Of a stretch of 64,000 bases of DNA, positions 32,806 through 45,264 are shown piece after piece. Source of the stretch: Blastocladiella emersonii ATCC 22665. Taxonomy: Eukaryota; Fungi; Blastocladiomycota. Numbering within the stretch: position 1 is the first letter of the stretch; every line of letters starts with the position of its first letter. The stretch is taken from assembly GCA_025594325.1 (NCBI GenBank), contig JANHCV010000001.1:2542001-2606000 (forward strand), in the 5' to 3' direction. The notes under the pieces are model-generated. The model saw nothing but the letters and a program-made list of their open reading frames with translations. It did no database searches and had not been told where the DNA came from. Position numbers and translations under genes: made by a program.

Positions 32806-35800
32806 ATGGATCTTCTCCGCCCGCCGAGCGCGCGCCGTCGCCGTCGCCGTCGCCATGGTTGGGGGGACGGCGAGAGTGGCTTGGACACGGCGGCCGCCGG
32901 CCGCCCGAGACTCCGTGGCCTGAGCGCTGCCGTCCTCGTCGCGACGCTGGCGGCGGCCGTCGCGCTCGCCCCGCACCAGGTCCACGCTCAACGTGCGTCC
33001 GCTTCTCCTTGACTGAGGTGTGTGCGCGTGTTCGCGGCAGCAGGGGCCGTCCCTGATCGACGTGAGCTGCAGCGAGTGGCGAGCGAGGCAAACCTTCTCT
33101 TTTTCCTCCTTGGCGGCGCGGGCCGCGAACCTTGCGTCCACCACGCTCTCGGTGAGCCAGGACGGCCGCGCTGCTGATGGTGGTGGGTGGTGGCGGCCGC
33201 TCAGCTGAACGAGAGCGATGCAGCACTCCTCTTCCCCTCCTCCATCGCCCCGTCTCCCCTCTTCTCTCGCCGACTTCCTGCATCCTTGCAGCGGACCCTG
33301 TGTCCCTCTTGCTCATCTTCCTCGGCCGGGATTCGAGAAGCGTCAGCGCACACAGCGTAGAGGGCCGGACCCAGCCCCGCTGCGCAACGCCACCTCACTC
33401 CGCCCTCTGCTTCCTCGCTCTCCTCCCGCCGCTCACCCTCATCCCGAATTCGCTACCACCGCGACCCGCAGCGTCTCGCAGTCGCCGCAACTTGAGCAGC
33501 TGCGCCGCGCCGAGCGTCTGAGACGTCTCTCCGCCGAGCCCGTCGTGGGCCACCATCATCATCATCATCCGCTCGCCCGCTCGCCCGCTCGCCTCGGACG
33601 GCATCAACACCAGCACCTCGCCGTCGTCCATCTGCCTGCCTGCCTGCCTGCTGCTGCCCGCGCACGCGCCTGCTCCGCTTTCCTAGTCCAGCAGCGAGCC
33701 TGACCCTCTGCTGCTGCATCTCGCCACCGACCACCGACGCCGGACGCCTCACGACCCACCTCCTCCCCACTTCTCCGCTCTCCTCTCCCCTCGGCCACCC
33801 CGCCCCGCCCCGCCCGCTCGCGCGCCCGTCCTCCGACCATGGACAATGCAGCGACCCCGGTGTCCTCCCCATCGCCGGCCGCCGCCGCTGCCGCGCCCGC
33901 CGCGTCCGAGACGGTGCCCGCCAAGGGCCCGCTCGTCAACGAGTTTGCCGCGTGCATGTCGGGCGGCGAGGTGAACACGCCGTACTGCCCGCACGTGCGC
34001 GGCAACGCCGAGGCGCCCGTCGCCGGCGCCACGTACCGCCTCGGCAGCTACATCCCGCTGTCGTGGAACTCGCGGTGGTCGCAGTTCGCCGCCGTCGGCA
34101 ACGTCGACCTCTACGTGTGCCCGTCCGATGCGCCCACGGCGTGCATCGCTCTCGGCACGCAGATCAGCAGCAGCTTCGAGACCGTCGACCGCAAGCTCGA
34201 TGCGGCCGTGCTCAAGCCCGGCGCTTACTACTTTGTCGCCGTGCCCTCGGGCGACTCGCCCGCTGTCCCCTTTGCCTCGCGCGGCGTCCGGTTCAACATT
34301 GCTGGTACGTTGCGCTTCTCTGTAGACTACGGCCCGCGCGTGCGCGCGAGTGGACTACTCGCCCTCTCGCCCTTGCGCGCGCGCGAGCGGAACCGTGCCC
34401 GTGTTTCATCGGCCGCGGCCCGCCGCCTCGGCCGCGCTCGCTCGCGGCGCTCGGTTGGTCCCGGCCCGACCCAGTTTGACCCGTGCGCGATGCTTACCCG
34501 TCCCGCCCTGTCCGCCCTTACGTGTAGAGCCCCTCCCCGTGTCCACGACCCGGACAGCCACCGCGTCGACGGCCACCGTGACGCTGGTGCGCACCGAGAC
34601 GGGCACGTCGACGCCCGCGCTCAACGCGCCGCTGCCGACGGCCGCCGTGACGCCGACGTCGGGCCGCGGGTCCAACAACTCGGTCGCCCTAATCGTCGGC
34701 CTCTCGGCCGTCGGCGTCGTCATGGTCGGCTTCTTCCTCATGGTCCTGCGCCGCCGCTCGCGCCGCAAGCAGCGCACCTCGACCATGCTGTCGCGCGGCC
34801 TCGCCGGCGCCGGCGGTGCCTCGGGCGCCGTCGGGCTCGGCGGAAGCACGTCCAAGCGCGGCGGCAGTGCTGGCGGCAGTGGCGGGAGCGGCGGCAGCAG
34901 TGCCGACCCGCCGTACAACATGCTGCGGCGCGCCGGGTCCATGCAGAAGCAGCGCGTCGGCGCCGCCAACAACGGCAGCTCGCCGCTCGACTCGACCGCG
35001 TCCATGTCCACGTCGTCGCCCGAGCCGCACCACCCGGCCCTCCACCACCACCACCACCATGATGATAACGAGGCCGCGCTGTACATCCCCGGCCCGTCCA
35101 ACGACTCGAACACGGGCCTGCCCATGGCCGCGCCCGCGGCGTCGAGCGACCTGGCCCCGCCCGCCGCCGTGGCGCTGTCGGCGGGCAACCACCTCGGCGC
35201 CGCGTCGTCGCCGAGCCGGTTCGTGGCGCCCGGGCTCGCGCCCGTGCAGACGCCCGCCGGCGCCATCTCCAACACGGACGCCATCATCATCGCCAACTCG
35301 TTCAAGCTCGCGCTCAAGAAGTCGATTGAGGCCAGCGACGACGACGACGAGGATATCAACACCATGATCAACAACCTCGGCATGCGCCCGCTCCCGGACT
35401 CGGCGTCGTCGCCCGCCCTCGCCGACGCCGCGCTGCTCGGTGGGCCGAGTTCCCTGCCCCGCATGAACAGCCACCCGCTCCCGCTCATCAACACGTCCAT
35501 TGCGGGGCCCTCGTCGCACACGCTCGTCCACTCGCCGTCGGCGCCGACGCTCGGGTTCACGTTGCCGAACGCGGCGGCCTCTTCGCCCACGCTCGCGGCC
35601 GCGATCGCCCAGCCGCTCCCGTCGCCATCGACCTCGTCCGTTTCCGGCAACGGCGTCGGCGTCAGCGGGTCCGTGGTCTCGGCCTCGTCGGCCGTCTCCG
35701 CGAGCCTGAACCGCAGCGGTCTCCCTGCGCCCATCGTGACGACGACGACGCCCGCGACCAACCCGCGCTCGCTCGTCGCGACGCGCGCGGCGCCGGGCGG

Positions 35801-36182
35801 CGGCAGCGCGAGCCCAGTAGCGAGCTTCACGAGCCTGGGCAGTTCGGCGACGACGCTGCCGCGCGTCGGGCCCGGGTTCGACGGTAGCCTGCCGCGGTCG
35901 GTCGCGGCCGATGTCGCGGCGGCGCACATGACGGTCGAGCGGGTGTCGCTGGACCACCGCGACCGCGAGTCGACGCTGCTGCAGCGCGCGCCCGTCAAGC
36001 AGGTCAAGAGCAACCCGTGCCTGCTGGTCGAGACGGCGGGCCACCCGTGGGCGACCACGTCGGCGGGTACCTCGGTCGAGGCGCTCGACGCGGTCATGTC
36101 GCCGACGCCCGGCGGGAGTAGTACCACGGGCCCGCCCGACGCGGACGCGCGGAGTGTTGCTAGTCTCGCGCCTGACTCGTAG
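32806..36182 (+). CDS. Type I single-pass membrane protein (signal peptide, Cys-containing ectodomain, Ser/Thr stalk, TM, long cytoplasmic tail)
   Basis: Proposed join(32806..32992,33852..34304,34528..36182) = 2295 nt. TM SVALIVGLSAVGVVMVGFFLMVL is followed by RRRSRRK. The signal-like LSAAVLVATLAAAVALAPHQVHA-Q lies in exon 1. Exons 2-3 are secure; the exon 1 link is inferred. Confidence 0.7.
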
Positions 36183-36442
36183 ATCTGCTGTTGTTCGTGA
36201 TCCTCATTGCACTCTCATCCCCCTCTTCTTCCTCCTGCACAAATCACTCTCCTCGTTGTTCTTGTTCGTTTCCTCCCTCTAGTGCCCTCGTCCTCCCTCC
36301 CTCTCCTCACGGTTTTGTCCTCCCGCCCTTTGCTTCCCTTGCTGACTCGCTCCCTCTCCTCCCTTGTGTACCTCTCCTCCCCGCCCTCCCTCTTCCCTGT
36401 TCGCAGGTGATACGATAAAGAAATGATTCTACCGGATCCTAC

Positions 36443-37573
36443 TTACTCGGCCTTCTTGCTCGCGCCGGTGAGCGGCGCCTTCTCGTGCTCGTCGTTCGCG
36501 TCCGCGGCAGCAGCAGCCGCGCGGGTACCGAACGGGATGGCGGGCATCTTGCGGGCCAGCGCGTCGAGCTCGAGGACGCGCCAGCCGATGATGCCGAACT
36601 ACATTTACGATGTCAGTCGGCGCGGACCCCTCGGGAGTGAAGCGACAACGGACCCAGGCAATGAGGTAGTAGATGAAATCCACGACCGGGTTATTCGCGG
36701 GCGCGTGGCACTTGCGCGCGACGCGGAGCAGCTCCGAGTTGAAGTTGGTCGTGATCTGGAACCGCCCGCTGTCGAGCCCGGCGAACATGATCTGCGCGCA
36801 CTTGGCGGGCGGCATGACCTCGTCGTCGGCCTCGACTCGGCGCGTCAGCTCGGGCTTGATCCGCTGCTCCTCGGCGAACCCAGGCGTGTCAATCGTCCCG
36901 GGCATAAACGTGTGGACCGCGATCCCCTTGCCGCGCCCGCCTAGCAGCTCGTGCCGCAGGCAGTCGGCGAGCGAGTTGATGGCGGCCTTGGTCGGCGCGT
37001 ACCCGGCGTACCCGGCGAACCCGATCATGGCGACCGCGCTCGACACGAACACCAGCTTGCCCTCGGCGACCGCGTCGGGCCCGCGCGCCTCCGCCGCGGC
37101 CACCATGGACCGCAGCGCCGCGTGCGCCGTGTACGACGCCGACAGGTAGTTGGTGCGCATCATGCCGTCGATCTCGCCGGGCGACAGGTCCAGGAAGTAC
37201 CGCGGCACCGACGTGCCCGCGTTGCACACGACCATGTACGGCGCCTGCCCTCTGAAGACCGAGGTTTGGGCGGATGCGATCGCGGCGGAGATGGCGGCCG
37301 CGTCGCTGCAGTCGCCTGTCGCGTGCCCGATCGACTGCGCCGCGGACACGGTGAGGGTGCGCAGGTGCGCGACGGCCGACTCGAGTGCCGCCGCGCGACG
37401 CGCGATGATGGCGACGTGCGCGCCGCGCCGCACGCACTCCTCGGCGATCGAGAGCCCGAGGCCGGCCGAGCCGCCGGTGACGATGACGGGCTATTCACGC
37501 GACGACGAGTGTCAGCTCGCGTGGTTCATGAGTTACATGTGCGCCAGCATACGCGGTTCTTGAGGTCCAGCAT
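36443..37573 (-). CDS. TSC10: 3-ketodihydrosphingosine reductase (SDR)
   Basis: Exons 37573-37553, 37490-36654 and 36598-36443. VIVTGGSAGLG, CNAG, YAGYAPTK (YxxxK), PGTIDTPGFAEEQRIKPELT, and C-terminal KKAE (dilysine ER-retrieval pattern). Confidence 0.9.
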
Positions 37574-37757
37574 GTTCGTTGGGATGGCGAGGGAAAGAGA
37601 GCGGGGACGCCGAGTGGCGCGTGGCGCCGCCTTTTTGCCCATGCCCCGCATGTTTTGAGCATACGGATACCCATGGCAATACGTCAGCTGACGCAGCGTG
37701 ACGGCGCGCCGATCCAAACGAAGGCGTTCTCTTGTCGCCGCGTCCTCCTCGCCAGAA

Positions 37758-39308
37758 ATGATCGCCAGCCTGATCAACGAAGCACACGCAAAACGGAACG
37801 GATCACCACGAAGACTCGGTGCAGCGGTGCCCGGCGACCCAACGATATACCAGCCCGCCCCCCATGACCCCGGCGGCCGCCGCGACCCGACGACCATGAT
37901 CCTCTTGATCCCGCCACGCTGGCTCGGACTGCCGCTCCCGCGATCCCGCGCCATGCACCTGCTCGCGGCCAACAACCCCGCGCCGGTGCCGCCAAGACAC
38001 GCCCTCGCGAAACCGCCACCACCACGGCCGCCACGACCGCCATTCCTCTTCGTACCGTGCTGCACGATGCGCACCAAGGCCGACGCCTCTCCGCCAAGGA
38101 AAGGCGGCGGCGACGCGACGACCGCATCTCGTAAACCCGCCGCGCTCTCGCGCCTCGCACGCCTGCACGCGCGCGACCACCGGCCAATACTCGCTTCGCC
38201 GCCGCCGCCCGCGCCGTCGCCCCCGCTCGTCCCGCCACAACCGCCGCCGCCCGCGCCTGCTCCACCGCCACCCGCGAAAGCACCAGTATCGGCGCGCTAC
38301 GTGCCTTGGGCGACGCTCGTGTGTACCACCCCGCGCGCGATGCCACAGCCCGCGCCGCGGAACGCCGCACACTTCCCGTCGCCCGCCGCCATCGACACGG
38401 GCGCGTACGACTCGACCACGTACTACCCCGCGACACGCGTGGTCGCCCCACCCGCGCCACCCCCGCCGCCCTCCCCGCCGTCACACCTCGCCCCGCCTCA
38501 TTTATCGGACTCGGACCCCGCGTCGCACGCCGAATGGCGCGCCGCAGTGCACCACCTGCGCGCGGTCCTGCACGCCGCGACCGAGCACGCGTCGCGCGAC
38601 CGGCGCCTGCGGCGCAACCGCCAGCGCGGTCCCGTCCCCCCACCCGCCCCGCTCCCCGGCACCCTGTCCCGCGCCGAAGCCGCCGCCATGCTCCCGCAGC
38701 TCCACGCCACCGCGCTCGCCCTCCTCGCCCTCCCGCGCGGCGACCCGAGGTGGTCCGCGTGCACCCCCGCGGACGCGGACGCCGTGATGCACGTTCTGGG
38801 GATGTGCGGGCGGTGGCGCGGCGTCGTGGCCGCGTTCCACGCGCACCCGGCGCCGAGCGTTGCGGCGCTGAATGCCGCCCTGCACGCGACGAGCCGCGCG
38901 GCGGGCAAGGCCGCGGATGTATTGCGGTTGGCGGACGCGTGGGTCGCGGACGGTGGGGCGATCGACCCGGCGACCGTCGCGATGCTCATGCGGTGTCTCG
39001 CGGACGAGGCCAAGTTCGCCGACGCGCTCGCGTTGTTCGACGCGCTGTGTGCGGGCGACACGCCGATGGTCGTGCCCGACGCGTACCTGGCCAAGTACGC
39101 GGCTGCGCTCAGGGAGCGCGTCGCGAGGCTCGAGGCCGAGATGGCCGCAGCCGAGGCCGAGGCCGCGGAGCTGGCGGCGGCGCTCGAGGGCGGCGACGCC
39201 GACGAGGAGGGGGAGGGCAGCCTGTCCGAGATCCAGCTCGATGTTGAGGGCGGCGACGAGGCCCGACTCGACGGTGTTCCCGATGTCGACGCAGGCGGCG
39301 AGAAATAG
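37758..39308 (+). CDS. Pentatricopeptide-repeat (PPR)-like protein
   Basis: The C-terminal half has about three PPR-like units (PSVAALNAALHATSRAAG..ADVLRL; DPATVAMLMRCLADEAKFADALALFDAL). The N-terminus is Pro-rich and the start is uncertain. Confidence 0.6.
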   Translation: MIASLINEAHAKRNGSPRRLGAAVPGDPTIYQPAPHDPGGRRDPTTMILLIPPRWLGLPLPRSRAMHLLAANNPAPVPPRHALAKPPPPRPPRPPFLFVPCCTMRTKADASPPRKGGGDATTASRKPAALSRLARLHARDHRPILASPPPPAPSPPLVPPQPPPPAPAPPPPAKAPVSARYVPWATLVCTTPRAMPQPAPRNAAHFPSPAAIDTGAYDSTTYYPATRVVAPPAPPPPPSPPSHLAPPHLSDSDPASHAEWRAAVHHLRAVLHAATEHASRDRRLRRNRQRGPVPPPAPLPGTLSRAEAAAMLPQLHATALALLALPRGDPRWSACTPADADAVMHVLGMCGRWRGVVAAFHAHPAPSVAALNAALHATSRAAGKAADVLRLADAWVADGGAIDPATVAMLMRCLADEAKFADALALFDALCAGDTPMVVPDAYLAKYAAALRERVARLEAEMAAAEAEAAELAAALEGGDADEEGEGSLSEIQLDVEGGDEARLDGVPDVDAGGEK

Positions 39309-39449
39309 ATGACCCTTCACGACCGTAGCAACCAATGCATGCAATGATTCCCATTTATTGAGCGCGGCAGCAGCAGATCGAGCGAGATGCAGTATACAAG
39401 GATGGATGGATACACTAGGTATAAGATAAGTCGACACCCCACCATACCC

Positions 39450-41982
39450 TCAGAACGCCTGCGCAATGACCTCGAGCGCCTTGGTGTACGTGTCGAGCAT
39501 GTCCTTGCACTCGTTCCGCGCGCGCGTCACCTCGGCGTCCTCCTGGAGCAGCTCGTCGAACAGCGCGTCGCGGTACAGCGCCTGCACCAGCCGGTTCTGC
39601 AGCGCCTCCTTGGTCTGGTTCACCAGCAGGTGCATCACGGCCTTGGGCACCGCGTCCGCGAGCGCCTTCTTGACGATCCCGAAGTACGAGCTGATCAGCG
39701 ACCGGATCAGCGCAATCGCGAAATCCTCGCGGTCGCGCGTCGCTCCACCGGGGGTGTCATATGACACGTTCCCGTTGGCCTGCGGCGCGGGCGCCTGCGA
39801 GACCGCCGATGGCGTCGCAGGCATCGCGGGCTCGCCGTCCTCGTCGAGCGCGAGCGGCGACGGGTTGCTGCCGATCCCGTTGACCGCGGACATGGTCGGC
39901 GAGACGGCGCTGTGCGACATGGGCGGCGGCGGGGGTGCGGCCAGCGACGTCGAGCTCGCATTCCCGAACCCGCCGGCGCTCGGACCGGGGCCGTAGATGC
40001 TCGGCGGCCGCTGCTGCGAGCCGAACAGGTACGTCAGGAACCCCTCGCGCTCGCGGTGCGGCGCGTTCCCGCCGGACGATGCGGCGGCAGCGGCGGCCGC
40101 GGCCGCGGCGTTGGCGCTGCCGATCCCGAGCGCGGACGCGGGACCGCGGTTGAGCGACATTTGCGAGAAGAGGTTGGCCGACGGTCTGCCGGCGCCGCCC
40201 ATGCTCGCGAGGTGGTGGTCAAACGACGGCGACACGCCGGCCGCGCCGGGCCCGCCGAGTGGGCTGCCCGCCGCACCGCCCGCGGAACCGATGGCGGCGT
40301 TGGCCGAGTACTGGTGGGTGAGGCGGCGCATGCGGTCGGCCGACTCCTTTTTGCGGCGCTCGCGCTCGTATTTCTTCTCGAGCTGGGCGACGGCGGCGGC
40401 TCCCCCGATAAAGTCGGGGTGCGAGGTGTTGATGTAGGCGCGCTGGATGGCGACGAGGGTCTGGACAAAGGCGCGGGTCGGGGCGAGGTGTTCCTTGAGC
40501 AGGTCGCTGACGCCGTCGAGGACGCGGGCGCGGAGGACCGGGTACCGTCGGAGTTCGGGGAAGCACGATTCGTGCGTGAGGCGGAGCAGCTCCTCGTAGA
40601 CGGTGTCGACGCACCGCAGCGCGGGCGCCTCGAGGCGCGCGATCTGCGGCTTGACGAGCAGGTCAAACGCGGCCTCGGGGATGAAGAGCGCGGGGCGCGA
40701 GCCCGTCGCGTTGCGCATCGCGGTGCGGATCTCGCGCACCGACAGCGACGCGACCGGGTCCATGGACTCGAGCGAGTGGCCGAACACCTGGTCGAAGATG
40801 TGGAACAGGCGCGCGCCGCCCGACAGCTCGGTGGTGGCGCTGCCCGGGTTGGTGCCCTCGACCGACGAGTTGAAGTCGGACGCGTACTTGGTGATGAGCC
40901 GCAGCACGAGCGAGTGCGGCGACTGGCCGGCCGCCGCGGCGTCGGGCGACGGCGCGTCGCCGTACGTCGCGAGCTCGGCCTGCTTGGCACCAATCAGCGC
41001 ATTCAGCTTGACCTTGAGCTCGGGCAGCCGCTCGCGGATGTGCGCGAGCAGGACCGCGTTCAGGGTGCGGGCGAGGTTCAGGGTGCCGCACTTGGCCGTG
41101 ATGCTCGAGTAGACGGGGTGCGCGCTAAAGTACTGGGCTTCGCGCTTGCGGGCGTACTCGAGCGACCGGCGCATCTCGATGTCGCGCTGCGACCGGTTGA
41201 CGACGCCGACAAACCCGAGGCGCAGTGGGTAGACGCGGCCGCTGAGGATCTCGAGGGCCGAGGTGCCGGCGTCCATGAGATCGAGCTTGGTGAGCAGGCC
41301 CAGAGTGCGGGCGCCGGCGGGGTCGACCTCGCGGGCGAGCTTGAGCGAGTCCGAGTTGGCGAGGTCGACGTTGGCGGGGGAGACGGCGAGGATGATGCAG
41401 TTGGGGCGCATGATGTAGCCCATGATGAGCTCGCGGATCTGCAGCTCGATGTCCGAGGGCTGGTCGCCGACGGGGATCTTGGTGAGGCCGGGCAGGTCGA
41501 CGAGGGTCAGGTCGACGACGTTGGGCGAGAAGACCTTGAGGTGGATGGGCTCGGACGAGATGCCCTTGTTGGCGCCGGCGATGCGGTGGGTCTCGGCCTC
41601 AATCTCCGACTTGACCTCCTCAAAGTCGGCATACTGGTGGCCCGGGTTGTGCAGGAACTCGGCCCAGTCCTGCGGCGCGCCCGAGGGCCCGACGGCCGAG
41701 TACTGCAGCTGCAGCACGAGCGGGCGGCGCGTCACGATGCCCGAGCCCTTGGGCAGAAAGTCCTTGCCGACGATGGCCTCGAGGACCGACGACTTGCCCG
41801 ACGACTGCGAGCTACACACGTATGCGAGTTGAGCATTCCGTGGCGGGATCGATGGGCAGGGACGGGAAGCAAACGCACCCGACGACGGCAATCTGCGGCA
41901 GGTCAATCGGCGAGTTGCCGACCTCGGACAGAATGTCCTGCAGCTTGTTGATCAGCGGGATGAGGTCGTTCATGGACGACAT
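39450..41982 (-). CDS. DNM1: Dynamin-related mitochondrial fission GTPase
   Basis: Exons 41982-41879 and 41811-39450. G1 GSQSSGKSS, G2 IVTRRP, G3 DLPG, G4 TKLD. Middle domain RPALFIPEAAFDLLVKPQI, insert-B-like EGFLTYLFG, and GED DAVPKAVMHLLVN. Confidence 0.9.
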
Positions 41983-42484
41983 GGTGGTGGTGGTGCTCGC
42001 GGCTCGCTCGCTGTAGTCGGGTCGGGTATCCAGTGTAGTTCGTCGTGGTGGTTGTTGATTCGTGCGAGTGCGCGGGATGGGTGCGGCTCGCAGCACTCTC
42101 CCGGGTGTCGATGCGTGTGCGTGTGAGTGTGCGCGGTCCAAGAAGACTGCAGCGAGTGCGCTCTCTCGCGCACTGAGTGATCCGTAGCAGAGTGGAGGGG
42201 ACGCGGAGAGGGCCGTGTTGATGTGCGGGGCGGCCGGAGAAGCAGGGGCGGCTGCAGGCAGCGAGTGGCGCCCGACCCGGTTTCGCGCGGTTTTCACGCC
42301 GGATCCGCCTCACGTGGCGCCGGTTTCGCGCCTGCGCCACAGGGAGTGCGCGATTCTTCCGCGCTCCCTGCAGCTTCGAATTTTAGCCGAGGCCGAGGCA
42401 GCCGACGCACCGTGCCCCTGTTGACGATCCCCAGAGTCCCTCGCTCTCCCGCATTGCACACCACCACAGCACCACGATAAACAG

Positions 42485-44149
42485 ATGCTATCAAGCCGCC
42501 TGTCCCTCGCGCTGCGATGCGCGCGCTGCTCGCGCCGCCCGCTCTCGGCGGCGCTGGCCCCGCTGCGCCCGTTGCCCGCCATGATCGCGCTGCAGCGGCA
42601 AGCGTTCCACTCGTCGCCGCTGGGCCTGCACCCGCCGCGGGTCCCGCGCGACGAGGACGCGCTCGCGCCGTCCAAACCCGCGCCCATCACTGCCGCCACC
42701 ACCGGCGCGCCATCAACACCCGACGCCGCCGCCGACGCGATCCCGGCGACCCTGCGCGAGACGATGCACGGGCGCCTGCGCGTGTACCAGGTGACGACGC
42801 CGACTGCATCGTCGTCGCTGTCGTGGTCGTGGCGCAGCGCCGAGGGCCACGCCGAGCGCGCGCGCTGGCTCAACCCGGGCCAGGCCATCCAGTTCCTGCG
42901 CTCCACGTTCCTGCCCGTCGGCTACCCGCACAGCGTCCACCCGTCGTACGCGCGCTTCCACGTCTGGAAGTTTGCCGAGACCACCATCGCGTGCGCCATC
43001 GGCGTCCTCGCGTCGCAGGCGCTGCTGACCGCGCTCGGTGTCGGTGCGGGCGCGAGCGCGGGCGCGCAGGCTGCGGGCGCGGCAGGGACCGCGGTCGCCG
43101 TACAGTGGATCCTCAAGGACGGGCTCGGCGAGGTCGGGAAACTGGTCCTGATCCAGCAGTTTGCCAGCCAGTTCGACTCGCGCCTGCGCACCTGGAAGCT
43201 CGCGGGCGAGGTCGCCTCGGTCCTCGGCGTCTTCACCTCGATGCTGACCGCCGTGGCGCCCTCTACCGCCTGGTTCCTCCCGCTCGCGAGTATCGGCGGT
43301 GCCCTCAAGTCGTTTTACTTCACCCTGTGGAGCACCGTGCACGCGTCGTTTGCGCGCCAGTGGGCCGCCCGCGCCAACCTCGCCGATATCCTCGCCAAAG
43401 ACGAGGCCCAGCTGTCGGTCGCGAGCATGCTGGGCGCGGGCGTCGGCGTCGCCCTGATTGCGCTCGTCCGCCACGACGCCCCGTTCCTGTTCGGCTGCCT
43501 CGCCGTCTTCGCCCCCGCCCAGCTCTTTTGTTCGGTCTCGATGCTGCGGTCCGCCCATTTCACCATGCTCAGCGACGTCAAGCTCGCCCTGATCGCGCGC
43601 CACTGGCTCGACGCGACCTCGACGGCCACCGCCACCGCCGACCACCACGCCGTGACCGAGATCCCACCGCCCATCGCGTCGTCGGCGGGCCTCACCGCGC
43701 TCCCCGAGCACGGGTTCATGGGCGAGTTCCTCGTCCCCTCGCCGCGCCTCCCCATGATCCGCCCGGGCGTCGCGCTCGTCGACGCCTTCACCGGCCCCAC
43801 GGCGACCACGGATCTCGCCGCCGCGCTGCGCCTCCTGCACCGCGAGCGGTACCTGATCCAGTTCCACCCTTCGGCGAGCGGTACCTCGTCGACGGCCATG
43901 ATCGCGCTGCGCGCCGACGCCCGCGCAAGGGATATTTCGGCCGCAGTCCTGCACTCGATCCTCGCGCACGAGCAGGGTGGAGACGTCGCGGGGACGTATG
44001 CGCGGGCGCGGGAGCTCGCGCCGCGGTTCTACTCGGACCTCGCGGCGTCGCCTGACTGGGACGCGAAGCGTGTGTACTTTGATGACCGCGGAGTGCGGTA
44101 CTCGTTGCCGGGCATCGGCGCGCACGAGGAGACGGGGGATGGCGAGTAG
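42485..44149 (+). CDS. RUS1/DUF647 family protein with a basic, presequence-like N-terminus
   Basis: FLPVGYPHSVHPSY, GVLASQALL.ALGVG, QWILKDGLGEVG, ASF ARQWA..NLADILAK.EAQ. Intronless. Confidence 0.85.
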   Translation: MLSSRLSLALRCARCSRRPLSAALAPLRPLPAMIALQRQAFHSSPLGLHPPRVPRDEDALAPSKPAPITAATTGAPSTPDAAADAIPATLRETMHGRLRVYQVTTPTASSSLSWSWRSAEGHAERARWLNPGQAIQFLRSTFLPVGYPHSVHPSYARFHVWKFAETTIACAIGVLASQALLTALGVGAGASAGAQAAGAAGTAVAVQWILKDGLGEVGKLVLIQQFASQFDSRLRTWKLAGEVASVLGVFTSMLTAVAPSTAWFLPLASIGGALKSFYFTLWSTVHASFARQWAARANLADILAKDEAQLSVASMLGAGVGVALIALVRHDAPFLFGCLAVFAPAQLFCSVSMLRSAHFTMLSDVKLALIARHWLDATSTATATADHHAVTEIPPPIASSAGLTALPEHGFMGEFLVPSPRLPMIRPGVALVDAFTGPTATTDLAAALRLLHRERYLIQFHPSASGTSSTAMIALRADARARDISAAVLHSILAHEQGGDVAGTYARARELAPRFYSDLAASPDWDAKRVYFDDRGVRYSLPGIGAHEETGDGE

Positions 44150-44223
44150 AGGGAATTGATTTCTTATATAATCACGATGGAGGGGGAGATATGTGCACGG
44201 CTAAGAGATTAAGGGAAGAACTT

Positions 44224-45264
44224 TTACAGGTCGCGGACGAGGTGCGACGCGGGCAACGCCTCGAACGCGATGCGGTAGATGGTGGTGAAGAGCGGGAAGT
44301 CCTTGGTGAGGCCGCGGATCGACAGGATCTCGTACACCTCCTTGGCGGTCAGCGTGCCCTGCAGCTTCTGCCCGTTGAGCATCTCGCGCTCGAGCACCTC
44401 GAACGACTTGCCCGTGACGACCATGGCCTCGGCGACGCGACGGTTGCGCCCGCCGTAGCACGTCGTGATCAGGTCCGCCACGCCGCACGACTCGAGGAAC
44501 GTCTCGTCCTTGACGCCCGAGTAGAAGGTCTGCGCAAACTTCTTCATCTCCAGCAGGCCCAGCCGGATGATCGCCGCCTTGGTGTTGTCGCCGTACTTGA
44601 GCCCGTCGACGAAGCCCGCGCCGAGCGCCACCACGTTCTTGAGGGCGCCGCAGATCTCGACGCCCGCCACGTCGCCGACGCACGACACGCGGAAGTACGG
44701 CGAGTGGAAGATCTTGTGCATGACCTCGGCGTTGTCCGGGTCGCTGTACCCGACGGTCGTCTCGCAGAAGTTCTCCTCGGCCACCTCGTTGGCGATGTTG
44801 GCGCCCATGAGCACCGACACGTCGACGCCGAGCTGCGCCTTGATCAAGTCCGAGATCAGGGTGAGCCCCGTGGCCGACACGTCGACGCCCTTGATGAGCG
44901 AGATGGCCTTGGCGTCGGGGCGGATGCGGCCGAGCAGGTCCTGGCAGACGCCCTTGACGAACTGGTGCGGGACGACGAAGACGAGGACCGTGGCGTCGAA
45001 GCACGTCTCGACGAGGTCGGGCACGGCGCGCACGTTTGGTGGCAGCTTGATGTTGGGCAGGTACTTGACGTTCTCGTGCTTGGCGTTGATGATGTCCGTC
45101 AGCTTCTCGCCGTTGACCAGCTCCTCGAACACCCACATCTTCACCTCCTTGTCGAACTCGGCGTGCTGCTGCACGTTGCGGCCCACGATCTTGGCAATCG
45201 CCGAGCCCCAGTTGCCCGACCCGATCAGGCACACCTTCTCCTTGGCGACGGCCTTGGTGGTCAT
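44224..45264 (-). CDS. GPD1: NAD-dependent glycerol-3-phosphate dehydrogenase
   Basis: [61 protein letters not shown]. Intronless. Confidence 0.97.
   Translation of the reverse strand: MTTKAVAKEKVCLIGSGNWGSAIAKIVGRNVQQHAEFDKEVKMWVFEELVNGEKLTDIINAKHENVKYLPNIKLPPNVRAVPDLVETCFDATVLVFVVPHQFVKGVCQDLLGRIRPDAKAISLIKGVDVSATGLTLISDLIKAQLGVDVSVLMGANIANEVAEENFCETTVGYSDPDNAEVMHKIFHSPYFRVSCVGDVAGVEICGALKNVVALGAGFVDGLKYGDNTKAAIIRLGLLEMKKFAQTFYSGVKDETFLESCGVADLITTCYGGRNRRVAEAMVVTGKSFEVLEREMLNGQKLQGTLTAKEVYEILSIRGLTKDFPLFTTIYRIAFEALPASHLVRDL

Noticed and set aside
41730-41765. LPKGSG instead of LPRG(S/T)G in the dynamin GTPase domain
   Set aside because: Conservative change; all G motifs are intact.
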